The position numbers were made by a program, and so were the translations under genes. Of a stretch of DNA of 64,000 bases, positions 52,745-62,595 are shown piece after piece. The notes beneath the pieces were generated by a model. It was not told the DNA's origin and made no database searches. It saw only the letters and a program-made list of their open reading frames with translations. Position 1 is the stretch's first letter, and each line of letters begins with the position of its first letter. Origin of the DNA: Methanotrichaceae archaeon (GTDB taxonomy: Archaea > Halobacteriota > Methanosarcinia > Methanotrichales > Methanotrichaceae); NCBI GenBank assembly GCA_963754945.1, contig CAVWIG010000015.1, forward strand, positions 48,078 through 112,077, in the 5' to 3' direction.

Positions 52745-53547
52745 CTATATCCCTGACATCTACTTTCTTTCTGACGAACTCATGCTTAGCTTTAGTTGCC
52801 GCCAACAGCTAATCGAACATAGCAGGCGCGTGTTTCTGGATTGCTTTAACTCCTTCCTCGGTTATCCCGCCTTTGGTGGCCACACGGGTGATCAGACCAT
52901 CGAAGCTCTCTTCGGCCAGCAGCTCCGAGGTGCCCGCCAGTGTTTCCTTGGCTAGCCTTTCAGCCAGTCAGCATCGATTCCTCTTCTCGCAGCAGCGAGC
53001 ACAAGCTCTCTCATGACAGCCGATATGTAGGCAGGTGCAGAGCTGGTCAGGTCGGCCAGAATCTCAAGATCTTTCTCCTTCACCCCGATTGGATGTCCTA
53101 TGGCTTTGAATAGATGGAGGAGCAAAGCTCTATCCGAGTCGGTTGTGTTTCTTCCGAAGCTCACCAGAGATACTCCTTTTAATCTTTCGGAGCCGATGCT
53201 TGGAATCACTCTGGTCGCTCTGGCTCCGGATATCGATGCTATCTTCAACAGGCTGAAGTCAACCGCCACCGATATTAGAAGTTTGTCTGGTGTCAGTTAA
53301 TCACACAACTCCCTAAGAACGTCAATCACATCCAGTGGTTTGACGCACAAAAGATGATGTCGGATTTCGCTGCCACCTCCCTATTATCACCCAACTGAAT
53401 GCCTAAATCCCCGGCCAATAGCTCAGCCTTCTCTCTGGTCCGGTTGCTGGCGATTATGTCTTCCGGAGCCGCCACCCCGGTCTCTATGAACTTGCGGATC
53501 AGCATGCTTCCCATGTGCCCTGTCCCGATGAAACCCAGATGAACCAT
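52745..53547 (-). pseudogene. proC: Pyrroline-5-carboxylate reductase, multiply disrupted
   Basis: GFIGTGHMG, CVKP, RVIPS, LTSSAPA, RVATKGGITEEG spread across two frameshifts, with in-frame TAA (~53298) and TAG (~52810). Confidence 0.85.
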
Positions 53548-53574
53548 CTTAACTCCTCGTATAGCAGGCAAGGG

Positions 53575-54012
53575 TCATGCTGATCTCAAGCGTTCGGCTG
53601 TCTCCTGCATAGAGCTCTTCTCCCGCAAATTCATCAAAGCAGGAGGAGCCTCTTGGAACCCCTCTAAGGCGTTGAAAAACCTGTCCAAGGGATCGCCCTC
53701 ATAAGTCGGAACCAGGAAGATGTGCGTATGCGGAATCCTACGGCCGCGAGCGTACATGGCAACGAAGTCAGAGCTGTAGGCTTTCATGATCTTGTCGGCT
53801 ACTGTCCTGGCCACACTGAACAGGCTTTCTACCTCTTCCAGAGTTAGGTCGTGCCACCAGGGAACGTGTCTTCTCGGAATGACCAGGCAGTGGCCTCTGG
53901 AAAAAGGATTGATGTCCAGGATGGCCAGCGACAGCTCATCCTCGTAGATCCTGTAGGCCTCGGCTTGGCCGGCCACTATCTTGCAGAATACGCAGCTATC
54001 GTTTTCGGTCAT
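53575..54012 (-). CDS. HIT family protein
   Basis: CVFCKIV, LDINP, GHCLVIP, PHTHIFLVP. Confidence 0.92.
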   Translation of the reverse strand: MTENDSCVFCKIVAGQAEAYRIYEDELSLAILDINPFSRGHCLVIPRRHVPWWHDLTLEEVESLFSVARTVADKIMKAYSSDFVAMYARGRRIPHTHIFLVPTYEGDPLDRFFNALEGFQEAPPALMNLREKSSMQETAERLRSA

Positions 54013-54060
54013 ATCAATCTGAACCGTTCGGCTGACTTGGCCTGGTTTGTTCGGATCTTT

Positions 54061-54846
54061 TCATTTTGATTCGACATGCCCAAGGAAATCGTCCAGCACC
54101 CGGTTGAACTCTTCGGGTTTGTCCATCTGCAACCAATGTCCCGTGCCTGTCACCTGGATGTGCGGCAAGTCTGTATCAAGGTTGTGCAGGCTGAAGGGAG
54201 CATCGTTGAGAGACGTGACGACTGAAAGTTTCGGTCCTTTGTAGAGCTGTAGGTGAGTCATAGGATCGTACAGAAGGGTCGATTTGAATATGGCGATGAC
54301 CGTCTCACGTGGGGTGTTTCGCAGGTCTTTAATGACCTTCTCTCGAACCCACGGCTTTGATCCTGTAAGGAGCATGCCATAATAGTCTTCAATCGCCCTG
54401 GAGTACGAGTCAGACTCCAATGCACTGATCAGTTGATTTGCTTGTTCAGCTGGAACCTTTCTAGCATCTCCAGAGGGATCCGCCAGGAGAAGTCCGGCGA
54501 CCTTTCCGGGGTGTGTGCTTGCGTAGGCAATGGCCACTGTTCCACCGGAACTATGGCCTACAAGGAGAAATCGCTGCAAGCCAAGCTCGTCGGCGACAAC
54601 GTCTATATCACTGGCCAACGACTCAATCGAAAAGTCCCCATCCTTAGGCGACTCCGAATTGCCGTGGCCCCTGAGGTCGAGCGCTACAGTTCGTCTAACC
54701 TTTCGCAGGTGCTCGAGCTGAGCAGACCAGTGCGAGGTGTTGCCGGCCAGGGAATGCACGAGAACCACGGGCAAGCCGCCAGAGCCACCATCATCTATGC
54801 AAAGGCTGGAAGAACTCATTTTGCCCCTAATGCGAATTAAAGCCAT
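54061..54846 (-). CDS. Alpha/beta hydrolase
   Basis: DLRGHG, nucleophile GHSSGG, TGHW. Confidence 0.92.
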   Translation of the reverse strand: MALIRIRGKMSSSSLCIDDGGSGGLPVVLVHSLAGNTSHWSAQLEHLRKVRRTVALDLRGHGNSESPKDGDFSIESLASDIDVVADELGLQRFLLVGHSSGGTVAIAYASTHPGKVAGLLLADPSGDARKVPAEQANQLISALESDSYSRAIEDYYGMLLTGSKPWVREKVIKDLRNTPRETVIAIFKSTLLYDPMTHLQLYKGPKLSVVTSLNDAPFSLHNLDTDLPHIQVTGTGHWLQMDKPEEFNRVLDDFLGHVESK

Positions 54847-54879
54847 CTTTCCTCCATGTGATCAACCGCCAATATTTGT

Positions 54880-55227
54880 TTAACCGCAGCTTCCCTCACC
54901 CGACTCGTAGGCTTCTCTCAACTGGTCTGCAACCGCGCTCGAGAGCTTCTTTCCTGCGACTGTGAAGTATACCTCTGCAAACTCAGGGTAGAGGCAACTC
55001 AGGCTCTCTGAGCCATCGAGAATCAAATCTGAGATATATTTCATGTCCTCAGCCGAGAGCCGATTTAACCTCTCCTCGAAATCCCGCTCATCTTTGGAGT
55101 GATGGTTGGCAACTGGAGGAAGGATGTTCATGTATTCGAGATCGATTCCTTGGCTCTGGAGATCCTCAAACTCCGGCACCAGCTTTTTCAGGATGTTCCT
55201 GTCCCTCTCGCTCAGCTCTCTAGCCAT
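54880..55227 (-). CDS. Conserved hypothetical protein (paralog of 57153-57497)
   Basis: ILKKLVPE, ILPPV, DFEERL.RLS.ED shared with the paralog. Confidence 0.85.
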   Translation of the reverse strand: MARELSERDRNILKKLVPEFEDLQSQGIDLEYMNILPPVANHHSKDERDFEERLNRLSAEDMKYISDLILDGSESLSCLYPEFAEVYFTVAGKKLSSAVADQLREAYESGEGSCG

Positions 55228-55258
55228 GTCCTTCTAAAGGTTGTGCGAAAATAAAGAA

Positions 55259-55582
55259 TTAACCTACAGACTGGTCGATCCACTGAAGGTAGCGGTCGTC
55301 CCCACCCACAATGGGAATTATTATAATCTCCGGCAGCTCGTAGCTGTGAAGCTCTTTTATCCTGGCCTTGAGACGCTCCACAACTCCCACCTCTGTCTTT
55401 ATTATCATCAGCTCTTCCGCCTCGTCGCAGGACTTTCCTTCCCAGGAGAAATAGGATTTGACCTGTGAGACGTTCACGCACGCAGCCAACCGTTCCTCTA
55501 CCAGGGCCTTGGCGATCTTTTCCGATCCGCCCGGAGGAGCGGTGCACAGGACGATGGCAAACTCAGTCGCAGCCTCAGTCAC
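55259..55582 (-). CDS. cutA: Divalent-cation tolerance protein CutA
   Basis: LVEERLAACVN, SYFSWEG, HSYELPEII. Confidence 0.95.
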   Translation of the reverse strand: MTEAATEFAIVLCTAPPGGSEKIAKALVEERLAACVNVSQVKSYFSWEGKSCDEAEELMIIKTEVGVVERLKARIKELHSYELPEIIIIPIVGGDDRYLQWIDQSVG

Positions 55583-55970
55583 TGCCTACCCACCTGTGAC
55601 CTTCATCTTTTATCTCTTTCTTCCAGATGGGAGCCCTAACCTTGAGCTCCTCGATGACGTAGCTGCACCCATCGAAGGCCTCCCTTCTGTGACCTGCAGC
55701 ACAAACGATCAGGACGATGTTGTCGCCGACAGATAAAGACCCAACTCTGTGGATTATGTCAACGGACTTCAAATGGAACTTTTCGATGGCCTCAGCCCTT
55801 ATTCGTTCCAGCTCGGGGGCGGCTGCTTCCTTGTAGGCCTCCAGCTCCATGGACTTGATGCCGTCGTTCCTGACTGTGCCCAGGAAAGTGACAATGGCCC
55901 CTACCTCCTCGCTTTTGGCCTTTTCCACAACTTCTTCTATAGAAAAATCCGCTTCTGTAACATCTATCAT
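55575..55970 (-). CDS. moaE: Molybdopterin synthase catalytic subunit
   Basis: GAIVTFLGTVR, HRVG, HRREAF, LK..APIWKKE. Confidence 0.95.
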   Translation of the reverse strand: MIDVTEADFSIEEVVEKAKSEEVGAIVTFLGTVRNDGIKSMELEAYKEAAAPELERIRAEAIEKFHLKSVDIIHRVGSLSVGDNIVLIVCAAGHRREAFDGCSYVIEELKVRAPIWKKEIKDEGHRWVGSD

Positions 55971-56110
55971 TGCTCTCCGGATTCCTACTTAGTTAGCATC
56001 GGATTGGGCCACGGCCTATTGCATGCGCCATTAAGCGCTTGCTTCACTCACAGAATACGAAGCTTTGAACCTTTACAATCATCAATTGCTTTCGCTAAAG
56101 CATCTGTCAG

Positions 56111-56476
56111 TTACTTAAATACCGAACGGTAATCGACAGGTTTTTCGGATACAGGCACCTCTGATTTTAGCCCTTTCTTTAGCGACGCCATTAAACGCTC
56201 TTTTTCTCGATCCCTGAGCCTCTGGATCTCCTCTTCGCTCTTGATCTTCATAACAAAGGTTCCGTGGCAGGGTTTTACATAGGTGAAGAGCAGCTCGTCT
56301 CCCTTTGCACCTACAGGAATAGGTGGAACTCCGATTATGTAGTAGTCCTTGAAGATCTTGTAGCCTGGATCAACGTAGTACACTTCATCGGCGTTCTTTT
56401 CTATGAACTCCTTAGCCTCTTTGAAAGAGACCCGCTCCAGCAAGAGATCATACTTCATCTGCTCGATGCAGCTCAC
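56111..56476 (-). CDS. DUF1894 family protein
   Basis: SFKEA, PGYK, IIGVPPI, YVKPCHGTF. Confidence 0.85.
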   Translation of the reverse strand: MSCIEQMKYDLLLERVSFKEAKEFIEKNADEVYYVDPGYKIFKDYYIIGVPPIPVGAKGDELLFTYVKPCHGTFVMKIKSEEEIQRLRDREKERLMASLKKGLKSEVPVSEKPVDYRSVFK

Positions 56477-56949
56477 GAGATCAGCTCCGCTATTACTTTA
56501 TCGACCTTGATCATCAGAGGTGTGGGGTTGTGCACAGCTTTGGCCACTATCTTCTCGCAGTTGAACTCGATTGTCTCCGCAAGAGCCTCGGCATTCTTGC
56601 CGAAGATCACGGCGTAGAGCTTGGCCTTGGATATGGCGCTCATTGTCGCGGCGAAGGCCATGCCTGCATCGCTATGCATGAAGGCGAAGCAGATGTCGAA
56701 GTCGGTCCTTTTCTCAATTATGTCAACCAGGCACTTGTCAAGGTCAACAGAGTTCTTGACATAGTACTTATCCACGTCGGAAACCTTCAGGAGCTTGGTT
56801 GCCGCTTCAGTTCCGGCGACTGTCACATCCAGGCCCGCTTTGGTCAGCTTGTTCGAGAGGTAAAGCACCATGCTCATCTGGACAGGGACTTCCGGGCATC
56901 CCATCATGAGCAACACTTTTTTAGGAGCATCTTCAGCCATTTGACTCAT
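56473..56949 (-). CDS. DUF1890 family protein
   Basis: MGCPEVPVQ, FMHSDAG, AVHNPTPL. Confidence 0.88.
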   Translation of the reverse strand: MSQMAEDAPKKVLLMMGCPEVPVQMSMVLYLSNKLTKAGLDVTVAGTEAATKLLKVSDVDKYYVKNSVDLDKCLVDIIEKRTDFDICFAFMHSDAGMAFAATMSAISKAKLYAVIFGKNAEALAETIEFNCEKIVAKAVHNPTPLMIKVDKVIAELIS

Positions 56950-57152
56950 CTCAATATAGCATTGTTTCTTCTGATTTATACTTGCGTTCAGCCTGATAAC
57001 ACTTGTGAACCAACCCAGCGCCGGTCAAAATTTCCGTACAAGCTCACAGCCCAGAACAAGCTAGATTTTGGCAAGGTCAAATTTGAAATAGCATTCAAAG
57101 TAGCACTCGATCTGTCGTAGATCGCTAACTTGTGAGATTCATCAACGCGAGC

Positions 57153-57497
57153 TTAAAGCTTGTATCCGGTGGCGGACTCGTACATCCCTTTTATCCGTTC
57201 CGCAGTCTCCTTTGAAACCTTCTCTGCGAGGACGTCAACGAAGATCCTGGCGTACTCAGTCGATATGCACAGAAGACATTCGGATTCGTCCAGGATGCGA
57301 TCCACCAGATATGTCAGATCTTCGCCTGATAAACGCTTCAGCCGCTCCTCAAAATCCTCCTCATCCACGGCGTAGTGCATGGATACCGGCGGGAGTATGG
57401 AATGGTACTCTATTCCTGACCCGGAGCGGAGCTTCTCTTCCACCTCGGGCACGAGCTTCTTCAGAATCTCCAAGTCCTTTCCTTTGAGCTTTCTCAT
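57153..57497 (-). CDS. Conserved hypothetical protein (paralog of 54880-55227)
   Basis: Shared motifs with the paralog; probable start MRKLKG at 57497. Confidence 0.85.
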   Translation of the reverse strand: MRKLKGKDLEILKKLVPEVEEKLRSGSGIEYHSILPPVSMHYAVDEEDFEERLKRLSGEDLTYLVDRILDESECLLCISTEYARIFVDVLAEKVSKETAERIKGMYESATGYKL

Positions 57498-57615
57498 GGC
57501 AATCGATCTCGAAAGAGCCTCCATTATGAAATGGTCAACCTGATTGATCAACTTTCAGAGTGATCAGCTTTCACTAAAGGTTTTCCAGTCCGGACAGTTA
57601 AGGCTTTTTGGGGTT

Positions 57616-58683
57616 TCAGCGCTCTTCCCATTTCTTGGAAGCCGATGGTTTAAGGATCTTCTGGGCATCTCCGCGCAGGAGCATATTGGTCAGGGCAGAC
57701 AAGGAGCAAAGTGTTCCACGGCCTTGGATCTCCTCGCCCTCCGGTCCCGGTATTCTCGCAACGATCCCGCCCTCCGCTGTGATCTCAATCTCAGTGCCCA
57801 GCTCGCTGAGTCGGTGGAGGATTACGTTGCCTGTGGCACCCATGGACTTCTCCATCCAGCAGTGCTTGAAGGGACAGAGGTTGCAGTAGTTCTTGAACAG
57901 CTCGGCACTGGCCTTGGGAACCAGGCCTGCGACGATCTCTGCCTTGGCAGTCCCATAGGCCATGCAGCAGCCTAGGACCCTTTTCGCCAGGATCTTGTCC
58001 CCTTGGGCCAGGGTGACCCGAACGTGGCCGCCCTTGACCTCGTAGCGGTTCTCGATGCCCATTTCGAACTTTTTCTTCCCGGTGTTCTCCGCGTCTCGAA
58101 TGGCCTCTTTGATCTTCTCGGCCAGGGATGGAGTCCGTGCAGCTCCGATGGTCACTGCGCAGGTGGGGCAGTAGGCAGGCGGAGACTTTGCTATCACGTT
58201 TCCTTCCTTGTCCAGGAAAGTGGCCACAACGCCCAGGCCCTCACGCTTGATCAGGGTGCGGCCGCCCATTCTCTGAACCATCACAAGGGCCATGGCAGCC
58301 GGAGTCAGCACTCGACCATAGCCGTACAGGTCGGCCACCAGGTCGATGTCTTCCTGGGTGTTGATGCCTTCTCGCCTGAGGCCCCCGGCCACATCCTCGG
58401 GGATCAGCCCAGCATCCAGCTCGGCCGCAAGGACAGCCGGCGACCAGACCACGCCGAAACCTTCGCCCATCACATTGCCCTGGTCGTCGAAGATCTTGGC
58501 CTGGATTCCTCCGGGCTGCTCGTAGGCGACGATTCGGCCTCCGGCGTGGCAGATCTCCTCGGCCACTGCATGGCAGATTCCGCAGGCTCCTTCTTTTGGC
58601 CTGACTACTTCTTTGACTCGCTTTATGAGCTCTTCTTTGAAAGTTGATGACTTCTCGGTTGAGATATTATCCATAATATCCAT
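57616..58683 (-). CDS. Cys-rich hypothetical protein with four internal beta-beta-beta-alpha-like repeats
   Basis: Long ORF with host-like codon use; CGICH, CPTC, CC, CNLCPFKHC, TLCS. Confidence 0.85.
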   Translation of the reverse strand: MDIMDNISTEKSSTFKEELIKRVKEVVRPKEGACGICHAVAEEICHAGGRIVAYEQPGGIQAKIFDDQGNVMGEGFGVVWSPAVLAAELDAGLIPEDVAGGLRREGINTQEDIDLVADLYGYGRVLTPAAMALVMVQRMGGRTLIKREGLGVVATFLDKEGNVIAKSPPAYCPTCAVTIGAARTPSLAEKIKEAIRDAENTGKKKFEMGIENRYEVKGGHVRVTLAQGDKILAKRVLGCCMAYGTAKAEIVAGLVPKASAELFKNYCNLCPFKHCWMEKSMGATGNVILHRLSELGTEIEITAEGGIVARIPGPEGEEIQGRGTLCSLSALTNMLLRGDAQKILKPSASKKWEER

Positions 58684-58853
58684 TAGATTTGTATGGCCGT
58701 TGCTTAAATAGATTGTCGGGCAAAGCGAAAAAGTTAACGACCAAAGACCTAAAGAAAGACTTGTAGGTTGCATATTAGACATCTCTGGATTTGAACGAGT
58801 ACATAATATTATTTACAAAAGTTAATAAGAATGTGATTCCATTATATAGATTT

Positions 58854-59204
58854 ATGAAAGCCGGTTACGCGTATCCGATCGAGACTCTCAAGCATTGGTA
58901 CGTTGCACCCATCGACGGTCTGTCAATGGATCTCGATCCGGACCAAATCGGACTTAACAGAGAGGCCCTTGCAGACAACACAGATCTTGTTCCTTACCAG
59001 GATAGAGTATCGCTATCGAAGCTGGATGGAAGTGGATCCCGGCCCTTCCTCCTCAAGAAGTACTTCGATGTTGTGCTCTCGATAAAGCTTGCCCCGATGC
59101 CTTATCCAAATCCCCGAACGGGGAAGCAGTCTTGCCTCACCAAGAGGTTGGGCACAAGAATGGTTTCAGGGACCCATTTCAAGTGGGCGAACTCGTTATC
59201 TTGA
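58854..59204 (+). CDS. Hypothetical protein (uncertain, possibly a fragment)
   Basis: Open frame only, no recognised motif. Confidence 0.3.
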   Translation: MKAGYAYPIETLKHWYVAPIDGLSMDLDPDQIGLNREALADNTDLVPYQDRVSLSKLDGSGSRPFLLKKYFDVVLSIKLAPMPYPNPRTGKQSCLTKRLGTRMVSGTHFKWANSLS

Positions 59205-59742
59205 ATGGGGTGCTGAGCCAGAGGTATCCAAGGGGATTCACAGACGGGTCGAGGTAAACCGGGCTAGGGCCAGATTGACCTTAAGTGTCCGTGAGAGACA
59301 ATTTAATTAATAGTATTCATTGATGAAATTTATTACGTAATAGCAAAAAATAATGATGCCGGATATGTAAAATATTGTACCAATCAGGAAAATAAGCATA
59401 TGCCAGTTAAAAAGTCCTTTGTTATATTCACTGTAGCAACTTGCAGCTAAGTCTTGCCACGTATTATTTAATATTGTTTCCTTTATTTCCTCTTTCTTTT
59501 CGATGGGTAGATCTTTCCAGCCTTCAATCTCATTCCAAGTATTCTCTTGATCCATTCGTTCTTTAATGTCGGGAATCACCTCAATAAAATCCAAAGAATT
59601 ATTTATGTTATAATTCTAATATAAATGACTAATTTCAAAATGGAAAATGACAGGACCGAGAACAAGAAAAGGAAACTCATAAGAACGTAAATGATTTTTT
59701 TTGGCATGAAAGATTCGGATAAGTTACGTGTTATAACGAATT

Positions 59743-61152
59743 CTGTACTTTCCAAGTTTCTCCTTTATTTATATTTTCTAAATTATATCAAATTATATTT
59801 TCAATCCCATGCTTCTGAGTATATAAAGCAATCCGCCTTCCGGTACGGGTATATTAAAATACATCAGCACATATTCAAATGTTTCACCTAATGCTTGCAT
59901 TTTTACTAGGTCGATCATGTCGCCCATAGTTCTTGGATTTGAACCGTCCCCAGATGGCGGATTGTCTATTTCCCATAAGAGAATCGCAGTCCATACTGAG
60001 AAGACTAGCTGAATAAATCTTTCAATTGATTGTTTTTCTCTTAATTGGTAATCTTTGAATCCTAATTTTTGATTTGTCTCTCTGTGGGCCGTCTCGATAT
60101 CCCATCTATCCTCGTAAATTGAGAGTATTTCTTTCGACGAAAGCGATTCATTAGTGCTTATAAAATATTTTGTAGTGCTCTCCTTTTTTCTCTTTGAGAC
60201 TACAAGTTTAACTTCGCCTACCTTGTCTATGACTACCTTCTTTTCAAATGCATAGTAGGTCTTCTTTTTGCCCCGAACACTAATAGTTGTCTTAATAAAA
60301 TACTTATCCTCAATTTGGTTTGCTAAGTCTCTAACCTGAAAACACATGTCCTTATTTATCCTGATTTTCTTATCAGATTTGATTTGGCAGACTATATTAT
60401 GCCCTAATTTGAGACACTTGTTAAAGAGATCAGAAGAAAACCACCAGCTATCGAAAACGATATAAAGGTCCATGCTTTTTGGTACTTCTAATGGTTCAAT
60501 GATCTCGTCCAAGGCAATCTCCATTTTTGTTCTAAAATTCTCATTTTCGTCATCATTCTTGATATACATCTTAGCTTTATGTGGTATGAATAATCCTTTG
60601 GATTGGATAACAGAGGTAACAAAATTGTTACCCCAAATGTAGGTTTCTTTACTATGATCATAAAATTTTCCTACACCTTCCGTTTGAGTTCCTTCCTTCT
60701 CATTGTATGTGTCATCAATTATTAACAACATTCTATCATTTTCTTTTAAACATAATTTCTCAATAAAAAGGTCCACTTTGCGTTGAGCAACTTCATCCTC
60801 GTCCCAATTCGCATCGCTAAAGAACCAATTGTACGAAGAGCGTGCTTTTTTTCCTTTCCTACATTCGGCCATAGTATCACAAAGGTTGGAAACGGTCTTG
60901 GATTTATCACACACGCTTAACGCTCCACACAAATCTCGAAACGATCCATAACTCGGTTTCGTAAAAAGATCCTGAAATTCATTCAAGAACGGCTCTAATT
61001 GTAATGGTACCTTTATTATTTTGATCATTCTACTCCCAAAAGAGAGAATTTGATCCTAGTATAAAACCCTTACTTTTTATTTTTTTTATTAAATTTATAT
61101 TCTAATTTAATCTGATGATATTATAAATATACGAAAAAGTTGGAAAGTACAG
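59743..61152 (-). mobile_element. IS701-like element, copy 2
   Basis: Same TIRs; 9-bp TSD TAACGAATT (59734-59742, 61153-61161). Confidence 0.96.
59793..61028 (-). CDS. IS701-like DDE transposase
   Basis: Protein identical to 23652-24887. Confidence 0.92.
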   Translation of the reverse strand: MIKIIKVPLQLEPFLNEFQDLFTKPSYGSFRDLCGALSVCDKSKTVSNLCDTMAECRKGKKARSSYNWFFSDANWDEDEVAQRKVDLFIEKLCLKENDRMLLIIDDTYNEKEGTQTEGVGKFYDHSKETYIWGNNFVTSVIQSKGLFIPHKAKMYIKNDDENENFRTKMEIALDEIIEPLEVPKSMDLYIVFDSWWFSSDLFNKCLKLGHNIVCQIKSDKKIRINKDMCFQVRDLANQIEDKYFIKTTISVRGKKKTYYAFEKKVVIDKVGEVKLVVSKRKKESTTKYFISTNESLSSKEILSIYEDRWDIETAHRETNQKLGFKDYQLREKQSIERFIQLVFSVWTAILLWEIDNPPSGDGSNPRTMGDMIDLVKMQALGETFEYVLMYFNIPVPEGGLLYILRSMGLKI

Positions 61153-62110
61153 TAACGAATTTATCAAAATTATATAAATTGTAAACTAAAGTTCCTCCAC
61201 TGATGCCCAACATCCAATTATTAACATTATCGATGAGCGAGATTGTCCTTCTATTAGGATCCATTTGCTGCAAATCGGAGGCGATTTCTGTATAAATCTC
61301 TTTGAAATTCTTATATTTTTCTAAATAATTATCGTTGTCTTGGTTTTCAATAAATCGTAACACCTCTTAATTATATAAAGTGGAAAGGCGGCAATCTATT
61401 TAATTCTTCCCATAAAGCCCTCTGGTCTCTCTGATTCCCTAATAACCCCATAATATCGCCTTGTAGACCTCCTCTGCTCAATCGCCCTATAATCCTCAGT
61501 TTATACCAGTAGATTCGCATACAATGCAGGGTCGAGTGATAATTCCACTCTCCAGCCTGATGCTAAGCATATCCATTCGTTGCAGCTCCGAAGTGGGAGG
61601 CCTCTCCCTGCTACAGATTCCTGATCACCTGCAGTGAACTTCTCACTCCTAGAATTTTTGAGTCTATCACCTTTTAGCTCTCAATTCATTATTTCAAGCG
61701 TGATTCTCGGCAGCTATTCTCCGGAGGCAAGATTTTACACTCGCCTGCTATCGGGCCATGGAAAAACAACGTAGCTTGCACGATTACTCTCATCTCCTAG
61801 GACGTAGAAAGCTGCATATTTCACATCTCGAAAATCAGCCAGCGACCTTCTCACAAATATTATTAAGCAAGCGGTTTAATGTCCATTGGTGATTTAGGAT
61901 GGAGCATGCTTTGAATGAACAGGATCGTGCAAGACTCTATTTTCTCCGTGAACAAATAAATGATAGGATCGTCGTTAAAGGCTGCTCAGAGGATTTACGT
62001 CTGGTTGCATCTACAGTCATGGAGATATGCCAGATATTGTCCAAAATGGAGAAAAATCAATAACATCTCCGATTAGCTTGGCAGATGGAGCCATTAGGCT
62101 AAGTACTTCT

Positions 62111-62302
62111 CTAAACCTTGATTCTTAGCAGTGATGGCAGGAATATAATTAGCGCCATGGCTACCAAGAAAGCAATAAATATTAACCGCTGTCGCCTCCG
62201 AGATGAATTTAACTTGGATTCGCAAAGCTCATCGCATACGATCCCCTCGCCTATGGCGTTGCCGCAAACTACGCAGTGCTTGTGAGGCTTTATGTCTGTC
62301 AT
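62111..62302 (-). CDS. DUF2116-type Zn-ribbon membrane protein
   Basis: PHKHCVVCG..C...C followed by a TM helix. Confidence 0.85.
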   Translation of the reverse strand: MTDIKPHKHCVVCGNAIGEGIVCDELCESKLNSSRRRQRLIFIAFLVAMALIIFLPSLLRIKV

Positions 62303-62308
62303 CCAAAT

Positions 62309-62502
62309 TCACCGATTGCCTGTGCTCACATCACTTGATGGAGTAACTATTATGAGATTCTTCTCTTTGGCAATCCCTGCTAGAGTTTGCAGCTCTCTTA
62401 GCTTGATGGCTACAGGAGCCATCCCATACAGTTCAGCCATCTGGATCATTAGCTTGGAAGCCTGGAACTCTCCATCAGCCGGTTATTCGAGACCTCTTCT
62501 CA
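62309..62502 (-). pseudogene. C-terminal fragment of SPFH/slipin (stomatin-like) gene
   Basis: EKRSRI..ADGEFQAS...AIKLRELQTLAGIAKEKNLIIV. Confidence 0.7.
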
Positions 62503-62595
62503 TCTGGTAACAGTGAGCGGCTTTTGCGAGCCTATTGAAAAAGGGCCTGGAGAAGGGGGGCATACGGCAATCATTAGTGACCTCTTGACGGTGAA

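Larger units (their letters stand above)
59307..61363 (-). pseudogene. AT-rich membrane protein gene interrupted by IS701-like copy 2
   Basis: ...NFDKFV reads across the TSD into ITRNLSESFMPKKIIYVLMSFLFL. The distal part (DFIEVIP...) is in another frame. Confidence 0.6.

Noticed and set aside
23602-61152. 37-kb composite transposon bounded by the two direct IS701-like copies
   Set aside because: Copy 2 has its own TSD on both sides and the outer flanks do not match.
61395-61700. Possible NAD synthetase remnant (AEEVYKAILWG on the - strand)
   Set aside because: Too short and degenerate to support.
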